Shown here: in pieces, positions 46,250 to 54,005 of the stretch | How positions within the stretch are numbered: the first letter of the stretch is position 1 | Layout: the number at the start of each line of letters is the position of its first letter | From: Escherichia phage AnnaHegner_Bas87 | DNA length: 64,000 nucleotides | Sequence record: PQ850594.1 | Direction: 5' to 3' (one strand) | Position numbers and translations under genes: made by a program | Notes under the pieces: model-generated | What the model saw: only the letters and a program-made list of their open reading frames with translations | Databases searched by the model: none | What the model was told of the DNA's origin: nothing

Positions 46250-47467
46250 CTATTTATTAAAGAATAATTTTTCCATAATGGTTTCCCACTCTTCTGAGGG
46301 GAGGGTTGAGAACCCGTTTCCGTGAAGCCTGTTTGTCATGCAACTAATAATATTGTACATGTTGTAGCTTCGGGTGGATTCTGTTCCATTGTTCCAGTTA
46401 TAACCGAAAACAATTTTATCGAAGGAGGTTTTATCCGTAGTTACTTCTCGGATGAACTCAACCAAGAGCGATTTCTCTGTGATGACCGCACGTTCACCAT
46501 CTGGCAGATTACAATACTGAGGAAGAAGGATTGGTAAGAACATCGAATTGTTCACTCGACAATCGCGCACACCTTCACTGCGATAGATTAGGCTTGAGAA
46601 GTCTTCATCACGCAGGTGTCCTTCACCTTCAGTGTATTCACACTGTCGCCATTTGGTCTGGCGAGGTTTAACCATTGTACTACCAACGCCTACTGTATAC
46701 AGAGACGCTTGGAAGATACATGAATCGTAATCATTCCCTGTTAAAGCAACTTGCTCATTGCCGAACACATCCACTGAAGAGTTGATCAGTCGGCTGAATG
46801 CAAGAGAGGCTAAAGGGGACCAACCTTTCTTATACATCTTGTTCAACATTTCATACACAGCAGATTTTTCATCATCTGTATAGAATGTACGATTCAGCAT
46901 CAGATAGAACAGAGCGCGATCAGCAGGACAACCATCAGTACAAACACCCATGAATCCTACTTCATGCCATACCAGACATGAGTCAGAATCCTTATCCATG
47001 AATGCTTCAAAGGCTTCCATTACAGCCCTGTCAGTAACATCAGGACGGTTGTTTTCTTCTGCCCATGTTTCTACATGAGAAGGAGGACGAGGGTCTCCAT
47101 TCTCCACCCCTTCGCGGAAATATTGAGTGGTAATAGGCTTTTTATCACCATAACGTTTTACACCATAAGCGGGAAGGTGTGTACCAGAGTTCCAGATGTA
47201 CTTAATTTCGGACATAGGCATCATGTTTTCAAGAACGTTCTCTTCAGCAGTGCCTTGACGAACCATCATATTTTCACTCCACACCTTAATGCGGATATTC
47301 CAGCCGTAGTTGCTGTCATACGTGTTATAATAATCAGGATCACCATCTTCATCTTCATCATAATCACCACCCTGATAGTAACCTGCTTTCAGGAAACCAT
47401 AACAAGGAGGCCAGATGGTTACAACATCATCTGATTCTTTCCAGCTTTGAAGTGTTACAGGGAACAT
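46250..47467 (-). CDS. hypothetical protein in ligase cluster
   Basis: 405 aa ORF, acidic N-terminal patch; no motif recognised. Confidence 0.4.
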   Translation of the reverse strand: MFPVTLQSWKESDDVVTIWPPCYGFLKAGYYQGGDYDEDEDGDPDYYNTYDSNYGWNIRIKVWSENMMVRQGTAEENVLENMMPMSEIKYIWNSGTHLPAYGVKRYGDKKPITTQYFREGVENGDPRPPSHVETWAEENNRPDVTDRAVMEAFEAFMDKDSDSCLVWHEVGFMGVCTDGCPADRALFYLMLNRTFYTDDEKSAVYEMLNKMYKKGWSPLASLAFSRLINSSVDVFGNEQVALTGNDYDSCIFQASLYTVGVGSTMVKPRQTKWRQCEYTEGEGHLRDEDFSSLIYRSEGVRDCRVNNSMFLPILLPQYCNLPDGERAVITEKSLLVEFIREVTTDKTSFDKIVFGYNWNNGTESTRSYNMYNIISCMTNRLHGNGFSTLPSEEWETIMEKLFFNK

Positions 47468-47478
47468 CTTTTACCTCT

Positions 47479-47841
47479 TTACTCTGCTACCAAAAGGCTC
47501 AGAGATTTGCGAATGTAGTCAATACTACGGAAGTTTCGATAGTTCTCTTGGAAGCGCATTTTTTCAAACTCTGCTTCCTGAAGCTCTACCTCTGCTGCTT
47601 TATATCCTGATAAAGCTAAACTTACCACATCCTGAGGTAAGGTATTACGACGGCGAATAAGATATTTATTCGCTTTTAGTTTACCTTGTGCACGAGCCAT
47701 TTTGGCCTTTGCCGCCTTGATACCATGAGAAATCCAAAGCAGTTGCTGTTTCAGATCTTCCTCATCCATACCACCTAAATCATTTGCTACTTTATGAAGC
47801 GTAGACAGGTTCACATGGCCTTTAATGGGGCGTAGGTTCAT
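47479..47841 (-). CDS. hypothetical protein
   Basis: ORF only. Confidence 0.4.
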   Translation of the reverse strand: MNLRPIKGHVNLSTLHKVANDLGGMDEEDLKQQLLWISHGIKAAKAKMARAQGKLKANKYLIRRRNTLPQDVVSLALSGYKAAEVELQEAEFEKMRFQENYRNFRSIDYIRKSLSLLVAE

Positions 47842-48208
47842 AACTTCTCCTGTTTGTCACATTGATTGGTTAGCCAGTTGTAAGACCCTCTGTTATTCTT
47901 GCTTAACTCGCAAGATGCAAAAGAGTACATCCTGACAAACCCCACAGTGGCTAAGCAAATAAAGATTGCTGCCAATAAGAATTTAGCTTTCAACTTATTA
48001 TCCATACAACCTCTTCTTTGAACTTAAAAAAGGACTCTCATAAGAGAGCCAAGCTTTAAGGCCAATTAAATAGATATCACCCAATATCTGTGGATAACCT
48101 GCTCTTAAAATATTCTATCCGACGGATGTTCGAGGATTATTCCTCTCCCTAGCATCGGCCCCATACGGGAAAGATTAAATTAAGATTAGGTTAGTTGAGC
48201 CAGAATAG

Positions 48209-48243
48209 CTCACATAGCCCTCTGATACTCACGAGGGCTATAG
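48209..48243 (-). repeat. conserved hairpin element, copy A
   Basis: CTCACATAGCCCTC-loop-GAGGGCTATA, 9 bp stem, immediately 3' of gene 48247-48498. Confidence 0.6.
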
Positions 48244-48246
48244 ATG

Positions 48247-48498
48247 TTACTCTGTATCTCCGTCGAAGCGGAGGATTGCTGTCGGAACAGGAATAACTGC
48301 CATGTCAATCTCTAAACGGAAGAGATGACCTGTGCTCAACTGAACTGCTGTTACCGGCTTAGCGATACCAGCAACAGAGGCAGAAGGGATTCGGATAAAG
48401 AATTCCCCCGGATATTCAACCGAACGAAACACATCTCCCGGTGTCATATCTTTTACTTGAACAGTAGGCTCAGGAGGTGTTTTATTGGAAATTTGCAT
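48247..48498 (-). CDS. small protein, PGDVFR family
   Basis: PGDVFR...G.LFRLE...VIPVP shared with 53775-54005. Confidence 0.45.
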   Translation of the reverse strand: MQISNKTPPEPTVQVKDMTPGDVFRSVEYPGEFFIRIPSASVAGIAKPVTAVQLSTGHLFRLEIDMAVIPVPTAILRFDGDTE

Positions 48499-48731
48499 TA
48501 CAAACCTTTCTTAGCACGATCTTTGGCAGTCTTGCCAGTGCGAATACGGTGGGAAACATTAACCAGTTCGCCGCCTTCGACGATGGTTACGCTTTTATTT
48601 TTCGCAATATCGAATACAGTCTTCTCTGTACCGCCCAGACGAATCTGTTTAGGTTCGCTGTGGGTCTGAGTTGATTTAGACTGGAACTGGAACGGCTGAC
48701 GGATGGCATCAATTGCGCTAACTTTAGACAT
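48498..48731 (-). CDS. hypothetical small protein
   Basis: ORF only. Confidence 0.35.
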   Translation of the reverse strand: MSKVSAIDAIRQPFQFQSKSTQTHSEPKQIRLGGTEKTVFDIAKNKSVTIVEGGELVNVSHRIRTGKTAKDRAKKGL

Positions 48732-48758
48732 GCTTTATTACCTTACATTAAAGAGAGA

Positions 48759-49187
48759 TTAAACAACAAATTGGAACGCTTCGTATCCAAACTTGTATGA
48801 GAAGTCATGCTTGAATTTCACTACACGACCACGATCACGGAAAGATTTCAGACGACTAATAAAGCCAGCCATCGGCTCAGGGTCAATAGGGCTACGAATC
48901 TTCATAGCTACAGAGTGCAGCTTGAAGCGTTTACCAGTGCTACAGGCCATCATCACATACTCCATACGAGTAGTCCAGATGTTGAGCACCATGCTTGTTT
49001 TCTCCGCTGACCAACCAGTCTTGCGGGCGATTTCTTTATGGACATTAAGCTCCAAAGGAAGAGGGAATTGCTTGTTGAATGAAGCCGGATATAGCTTGAC
49101 CAGAAGGTCAATGTTTTCTTTATACGTTAAGTAAGCCAATTTCTTGCTTACGTTAGGGAATTTCCCAGACATTTTTTGAAGCTCCAA
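48759..49187 (-). CDS. ProQ/FinO-domain-like RNA-binding protein
   Basis: KKLAYLTYKE...YPASF...PLPLELNVHKEIA...WTTRMEYV...GKRFKL parallels the ProQ N-terminal domain. Confidence 0.45.
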   Translation of the reverse strand: MELQKMSGKFPNVSKKLAYLTYKENIDLLVKLYPASFNKQFPLPLELNVHKEIARKTGWSAEKTSMVLNIWTTRMEYVMMACSTGKRFKLHSVAMKIRSPIDPEPMAGFISRLKSFRDRGRVVKFKHDFSYKFGYEAFQFVV

Positions 49188-49371
49188 AACAGCGCCGAAA
49201 AGAGAGGCGTCATAGTAGCTAAAGGGAGGAGAGAAGAGGGATTATTTACTTACCTTTTTCTGTCCATTGATATACCAGATAACTGAACCGTCAGGCTGTC
49301 GTTGACCGAAGCCTTTCAAGTTAACCATTTCTTCTTCAGAGTAGGCACGTTTTCTCACTGAGTTTCTCCTG

Positions 49372-49629
49372 TCAATAGAAGGTGTGTGTAGAGTCATCGT
49401 TCATACATAACCAAACGAAGAAGACAATCACACAGAAAGCAATAACACCGAGAACTGCAAGGATTATAGTGTTAGCTAATGTGGTATCTAACACGCTTTG
49501 CAGGTACATAAAGAATTGTACGATACCACATAACCCTAGCACGACCCCAACGACAATGAGGAGCCAATATGTGCAGAGAAGGACTGCATCTAATAGTGAT
49601 ACATACTTTGGATGATCTTTATGTCTCAC
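49372..49629 (-). CDS. small multi-pass membrane protein
   Basis: three hydrophobic segments. Confidence 0.4.
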   Translation of the reverse strand: MRHKDHPKYVSLLDAVLLCTYWLLIVVGVVLGLCGIVQFFMYLQSVLDTTLANTIILAVLGVIAFCVIVFFVWLCMNDDSTHTFY

Positions 49630-49885
49630 TGATCTTTTCCACTAAATCCAGAGTTGCTGATTCAAATACAACACCAACTACCATATTAGGTGCCATATTA
49701 CGAACGTATCCGCTCTGCATAGACACGGCCCGAGAGTATTCAGAACCGTTAGAACTTTTGTTTACCTTCATGTAAAGGGTTTGCTCTTTATCTTCTTTCA
49801 GAGTAAAGAAAGAGCCGGGAAGAAGCCTCTGAACAGTCAGAGGGATATCTGCAACATGAGTCTTATTGATAGTAAGAACTGTCAT
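49619..49885 (-). CDS. small protein, PGDVFR-family-like
   Basis: LLPGSFFTLKEDKEQTLYMKV resembles the family N-terminus. Confidence 0.35.
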   Translation of the reverse strand: MTVLTINKTHVADIPLTVQRLLPGSFFTLKEDKEQTLYMKVNKSSNGSEYSRAVSMQSGYVRNMAPNMVVGVVFESATLDLVEKISET

Positions 49886-49888
49886 TGC

Positions 49889-50143
49889 TTATTCCTTAAT
49901 AGTTGCTTCAGCTTTAATAGGAATAACAGCAACATCTTTACGAGGTGCGGTCGCTCGACCTGTGTTAAGGCAGGCTACAAGTCTGTGCTCATCCGCACCT
50001 TTAATACACAGTCGAGTTGAGAACTCGGTAGATAGTAAGATGTACAAATCGTCATCTTCACTGTTAGGATACATGAAGCAATCCCCAAGACGCAGAGCGC
50101 TGAGTGGTATTGCGTTCTTACTGGCTGGTTTATTAACTTTCAT
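49889..50143 (-). CDS. small protein, PGDVFR-family-like
   Basis: LRLGDCFMY...VAVIPIKAEA. Confidence 0.35.
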   Translation of the reverse strand: MKVNKPASKNAIPLSALRLGDCFMYPNSEDDDLYILLSTEFSTRLCIKGADEHRLVACLNTGRATAPRKDVAVIPIKAEATIKE

Positions 50144-50419
50144 TTTACCACCTTTAGTTATGGACCAATTTATGAGAGAACTCTCGGAAGAATGCTTTCA
50201 TAAATAGGGGGAGGGGACGAATCCTCCCATATCCTATTAATTAATGTTGCATGTAAGACCTAACAATCCGATGCTGTAGTGGATAGCGTAAAACGCTTAC
50301 CGGCATTAAACCCAGCCCATGAGGGGCTTATGTGATTAAAATGCTCAACATTGAGCGGTTAGTTGATAGGAGATCTGAAGTCCTATCTCAAAGGACTCTC
50401 GTAAGAATCCTTCACGATA

Positions 50420-50674
50420 TCACTTAGTAAGAAAGATTATCAACTTATCCGCTACCCAGCCTATTAACATAAGGACAGGTAAGAAGAAGATAAAGATCAG
50501 CATAAAAGGCCAGAAGAATATCACCGTCCAAATAGAAAGTATATCAGGCTGACCACTCCATGAGCAGTGGAAGAAGTTGTAGAGTGTATTGGTTTTGAAA
50601 CACCATTTAACTGCGATGGCTGCTAACCACCAACCAATAACATAAATCAGGAGGACATACGCTGCTGTAACCAT
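50420..50674 (-). CDS. small membrane protein
   Basis: two or three hydrophobic helices, Trp-rich. Confidence 0.4.
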   Translation of the reverse strand: MVTAAYVLLIYVIGWWLAAIAVKWCFKTNTLYNFFHCSWSGQPDILSIWTVIFFWPFMLIFIFFLPVLMLIGWVADKLIIFLTK

Positions 50675-50901
50675 TCACCGTTCCATTGATAGTTTCGAGT
50701 GACCACGTTTCCGTGGATAAGGAAGTGCTGTCGGCGAAGGATATCTTTAACGTTGTAATAAGCAGCGTTTCCAAGATGACCTTCTTTGATAAGCCAACGC
50801 AGATTACGAATATCAACCAACAACAGTTTTACTTGCTGTTGGCATGAAGTCTTAGCTGCTGTTTCAAGCAACGCTTTCGTATCAGAATAATGACCAGACA
50901 T
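50647..50901 (-). CDS. hypothetical protein
   Basis: ORF only. Confidence 0.35.
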   Translation of the reverse strand: MSGHYSDTKALLETAAKTSCQQQVKLLLVDIRNLRWLIKEGHLGNAAYYNVKDILRRQHFLIHGNVVTRNYQWNGEWLQQRMSS

Positions 50902-50902
50902 A

Positions 50903-51229
50903 TCACCACTCCTTACCCTTTGTTGTTACAGAGCCACTACACTGTACACCACGGGAGATAAAGTCATAACGCGACCAATCACCTTGTGTCTCCATATCAC
51001 GCCCTGCATAAGCCTTCTCATCAACAGCACCGCCGTTGGAACAAGAAGCACCAGCATAACGCATATCAATTTCACCACTAGGAATCTTCTCCCCGCTGTG
51101 CCAACGGGAAACACAGACACCTTCTACCGATAATGCACACCATCCATCAGGACGATGCTGTACGCAGCCTGTAAGAGCTACACAGGCGATAAAGATACAG
51201 GTTAAGGTAATTACACCACCCCAGCTCAT
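50903..51229 (-). CDS. Cys-rich lipoprotein, superinfection-exclusion candidate
   Basis: signal peptide with lipobox LTGC; mature part has 6 additional Cys. Confidence 0.45.
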   Translation of the reverse strand: MSWGGVITLTCIFIACVALTGCVQHRPDGWCALSVEGVCVSRWHSGEKIPSGEIDMRYAGASCSNGGAVDEKAYAGRDMETQGDWSRYDFISRGVQCSGSVTTKGKEW

Positions 51230-51366
51230 GATCCCTCCTGAAGCGCCTTACGGCGGCTATCTCGCCAAGCCATCCATAGGTAGGTTTTGAGTTCTTCTCT
51301 CTCTTCTTCGCTGAATAAAGGAGAAGTAAAGATATCATCAAACCACTCATTAAACTCAGGGGTCAT
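51226..51366 (-). CDS. hypothetical small acidic protein (sub-60 aa, not in ORF track)
   Basis: AGGAGG RBS then ATG right after the tRNA; 46 aa; stop overlaps the lipoprotein start (ATGA). Confidence 0.35.
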   Translation of the reverse strand: MTPEFNEWFDDIFTSPLFSEEEREELKTYLWMAWRDSRRKALQEGS

Positions 51367-51384
51367 ATACCCTCCTACGTTGAT

Positions 51385-51460
51385 TGGTGCACCCTACAGG
51401 ATTCGAACCTGTAACCAACGACTTAGAAGGTCGCTGCTCTATCCATTGAGCTAAGGGTGC
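51385..51460 (-). tRNA. tRNA-Arg (anticodon UCU), with encoded CCA
   Basis: cloverleaf folded by hand: 7 bp acceptor stem GCACCCT/AGGGTGC, D-arm GCTC/GAGC, anticodon loop CUUCUAA, T-arm ACAGG-TTCGAAT-CCTGT. Confidence 0.85.
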
Positions 51461-51469
51461 TGGATTTGT

Positions 51470-51679
51470 TTAACTAAAAATACGCAAGGCCACATCGTGA
51501 CCAATATGACCGGGAACTTTATGCTGCTCTATTTTCAGACAGCGCTTACAGATACGAGATACACGAGACTCTTTTCTCTCAACTGGAGTGTCTTTAGCAT
51601 GAGTGATTTGAAGGTTTTCAGTGATCACCCACTCATGTTTACATTCAGAATCTTCGGGCTTTTTCTTACGAAAGAACAT
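51470..51679 (-). CDS. small zinc-ribbon protein, HEW/CxxC family
   Basis: start moved to internal Met (MFFRKKK) with AAGAGGTG RBS; CKHEW...CKRC. Confidence 0.4.
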   Translation of the reverse strand: MFFRKKKPEDSECKHEWVITENLQITHAKDTPVERKESRVSRICKRCLKIEQHKVPGHIGHDVALRIFS

Positions 51680-51687
51680 AACACCTC

Positions 51688-51852
51688 TTAGATCAGATCT
51701 GTTTTCTTGTGCAGACCACACACTTTACAGCGAGAGTAGATACGCAACCCTTGTCGCTCTCTGTCAGTAAGTTTATTTGTGATCGTCAGTTCATAAGTAG
51801 AAAGATCTTCCCACTCATGGAAATGAAATAGACGTTTGAACCATTTGATCAT
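51688..51852 (-). CDS. small zinc-ribbon protein, HEW/CxxC family (not in ORF track)
   Basis: MIKWFKRLFHFHEW...CKVCG, 54 aa. Confidence 0.4.
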   Translation of the reverse strand: MIKWFKRLFHFHEWEDLSTYELTITNKLTDRERQGLRIYSRCKVCGLHKKTDLI

Positions 51853-51861
51853 AATGATTCC

Positions 51862-52023
51862 TTAGATTACATCACGATGACTAACATCACCACACACCTT
51901 ACACTGAATAACGTAACGTGTGCCCTTGTCATTGTTCCCATCTGAATCCGTATAGACCAGAGGACGGGTGTTAATAATCTTCCAATCATGACAATGGAAG
52001 ACACGCTTTAGCCACTTAATCAT
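51862..52023 (-). CDS. small zinc-ribbon protein, HEW/CxxC family
   Basis: start moved to internal Met (MIKWLKRVFHCHDW...CKVCG). Confidence 0.4.
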   Translation of the reverse strand: MIKWLKRVFHCHDWKIINTRPLVYTDSDGNNDKGTRYVIQCKVCGDVSHRDVI

Positions 52024-52024
52024 A

Positions 52025-52282
52025 TTAAGCACACGCCGGTAATTCAATTAACTGAGGAGTACGACAAGGGCCATCCTCATACACACCTACCAGTGTTGGC
52101 ATGTAAGGCCCAGCGCACTGGTATTCATCGAACAGTTCATTGTAAGTAGGCTTCCACTTCCAAGCCCACACATAACCCATTCGATCAATGGCAATGTAAC
52201 GAGTGTTCAGAGGAACCTGCATCATCACATCACCAACTGCTATTACTTTCGTAATAACTGCTGCTCGGAAGTTTGTCTTCAT
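52025..52282 (-). CDS. hypothetical protein
   Basis: ORF only. Confidence 0.35.
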   Translation of the reverse strand: MKTNFRAAVITKVIAVGDVMMQVPLNTRYIAIDRMGYVWAWKWKPTYNELFDEYQCAGPYMPTLVGVYEDGPCRTPQLIELPACA

Positions 52283-52587
52283 GACTTTGCAGCCTCCATC
52301 ATTTTATTCATTTTAGCCACACCTTTACAGATAAGAGGCATCAATTCATCAGCCAGTTCAGTGGATAAAAGTTCAAGTCCACCTGACTTAATACCATTCA
52401 CTGCATTCTCAACGTCATCCGACAACAACATCATTGTTAACCATGGGGATTTTATTCCCACAGTAAAGCCCGGTTCGTACCGTGAGTGACTATAGGTGAA
52501 ATCTAAATGGGTCACACCGGGCATTTTAGACATTTGAGCACGGATGACTACCTTAGGATTGCAGCGAGTTGAAGATGAAATTGTCAT
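52279..52587 (-). CDS. hypothetical protein
   Basis: ORF only. Confidence 0.35.
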   Translation of the reverse strand: MTISSSTRCNPKVVIRAQMSKMPGVTHLDFTYSHSRYEPGFTVGIKSPWLTMMLLSDDVENAVNGIKSGGLELLSTELADELMPLICKGVAKMNKMMEAAKS

Positions 52588-52835
52588 GGCTTTTTAATCT
52601 CAATCTGAACGTTGACGACGAATACAGTATGGTTTGCACTGTACACTGAAGTGCCTATGATTGGCTTATCATCACTGAGGATTTCAACAGCGTGCTCAAG
52701 GTTAATCTTCAGATGAAGACGCCCTGATTCCATGAAGAAATCACCAGCACGTATCTCACCGAACTTAGCTGGCACACCGATAGAGGGTATCAGTATGTCA
52801 GTGCGACCTTTACGGTCAAATAAACGATTGAACAT
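52584..52835 (-). CDS. hypothetical protein
   Basis: ORF only. Confidence 0.35.
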   Translation of the reverse strand: MFNRLFDRKGRTDILIPSIGVPAKFGEIRAGDFFMESGRLHLKINLEHAVEILSDDKPIIGTSVYSANHTVFVVNVQIEIKKP

Positions 52836-52844
52836 ATCAACCCC

Positions 52845-53054
52845 TTATGTAATATCAACCTCAAACCAACAGGTAAGAGCTTTTTCATTGTTGCGTTTTG
52901 GCTCAAAGGATTTAACAACCGATAATACTCGGCGCTGTTCCCCATCAAACCAGATAGTTTCATCTTTTTCAGGGAGTAGGTTGTGTGCAGCACAAACGAT
53001 TTCACCTAGCACAACCTGTCTGCCATCTTGCTTACGAACTAAACGAATGTTCAT
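52845..53054 (-). CDS. hypothetical small protein
   Basis: start moved to internal Met (MNIRLVRKQ) with AGAGAGG RBS. Confidence 0.35.
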   Translation of the reverse strand: MNIRLVRKQDGRQVVLGEIVCAAHNLLPEKDETIWFDGEQRRVLSVVKSFEPKRNNEKALTCWFEVDIT

Positions 53055-53099
53055 AACAACCTCTCTTGTTAGTTTAAGTAAGAGTTGTCCCTTAATTAA

Positions 53100-53130
53100 A
53101 ACAACAAAGGCCACCCCTAAGGGCAGCCTC
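53100..53130 (-). terminator. rho-independent terminator (minus strand)
   Basis: GGCTGCCC-TTAG-GGGTGGCC hairpin (two G-U wobbles on minus strand) then TTTGTTGT. Confidence 0.5.
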
Positions 53131-53134
53131 TTAT

Positions 53135-53338
53135 TTAAGCGCAAGCACTACGCAGTTTGTTATTCAAGAAGCGATCTTCTGCATTATACAGGAATGCATA
53201 GAACAACTCTTTTGCTACATCCCGATCGCAATTGAGACATTTAGAGATCTGTAACAACAAACCATCACGACTATTAGGATGGTCAATTATCGCAAGACGA
53301 ATAATCTCACGAATACCAATGTCATGCTCAGCCGCCAT
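53135..53338 (-). CDS. hypothetical small protein
   Basis: start moved to internal Met (MAAEHD) overlapping an upstream 46-codon ORF. Confidence 0.35.
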   Translation of the reverse strand: MAAEHDIGIREIIRLAIIDHPNSRDGLLLQISKCLNCDRDVAKELFYAFLYNAEDRFLNNKLRSACA

Positions 53339-53728
53339 AGAACCAATCACCCTGACGTTTACGGATGTTAGTTGTCAGACGAAGCATGGCAGACTCAATC
53401 TTCAGAGCACCATTTGCCACTGCTTCCATACGCTCAGGACGGTTCATACGCTTGGTTGACTTCTTCATAACGTTCTCTCTTTGTTAGTGGAGGCAGTATT
53501 GCCAGTTAATATAAAGGGAAGCCCTACACGTTAAGGCTTCCGCTTGTACAAACTGTCGAGAACTTTCTACCCCTAGATTGTTCTCTATCCCAAACCGATA
53601 CATACCCCTACATATCGGAAAGCTGTTCGAAAATTAACAGGTTTTAGTCTATCACCGGATGTTTGAGACAAGTCTCGCCCTAGCGGTGAGCCATATGGCG
53701 TTGAGATTATAGTTAATTGAGGAACATC

Positions 53729-53763
53729 CTCACATAGCCCTCTGATAAACACAAGGGCTATAA
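53729..53763 (-). repeat. conserved hairpin element, copy B
   Basis: CTCACATAGCCCTC-loop-AAGGGCTATA immediately 3' of gene 53775-54005. Confidence 0.6.
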
Positions 53764-53774
53764 GTCGATGTTAC

Positions 53775-54005
53775 TTAACCATTGATATGAGTTACTTGAA
53801 CATCAGGTACAGGGATGACTTCATGGTCTTCCTGTAATTGGAACAGTGTCCCCTGACTAAGACCAACCACACGACGCATATCGTTAAGGCTAGTGTCTGT
53901 CTTTAGGTAGACATTTTCAGAGTTAGTTGGTAAACGGAACACATCTCCCGGACGTAACTCACTGAGCTTTTTAGTAACAACTACAGAGAAGAGATTAATT
54001 TTCAT
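53775..54005 (-). CDS. small protein, PGDVFR family
   Basis: LRPGDVFRL...GTLFQLQEDHEVIPVP. Confidence 0.45.
   Translation of the reverse strand: MKINLFSVVVTKKLSELRPGDVFRLPTNSENVYLKTDTSLNDMRRVVGLSQGTLFQLQEDHEVIPVPDVQVTHING

Noticed and set aside
38014-47467. Cluster as a thymidine hypermodification (5-hydroxymethyl-dU derived) DNA-modification pathway
   Set aside because: No ThyA-type hydroxymethylase, 5-hmdU DNA kinase or glycosylase-like transferase could be recognised; not excluded, but unsupported by the sequence.
50205-50420. Second tRNA in the structured ORF-free segment
   Set aside because: No T-arm GTTCGAATC-type consensus and no acceptor-stem pairing could be built by hand.
51147-51350. 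67 aa track ORF between the lipoprotein and the tRNA
   Set aside because: A different frame (51226-51366) has an AGGAGG RBS and an ATGA overlap with the lipoprotein start, while this one largely overlaps the lipoprotein gene.
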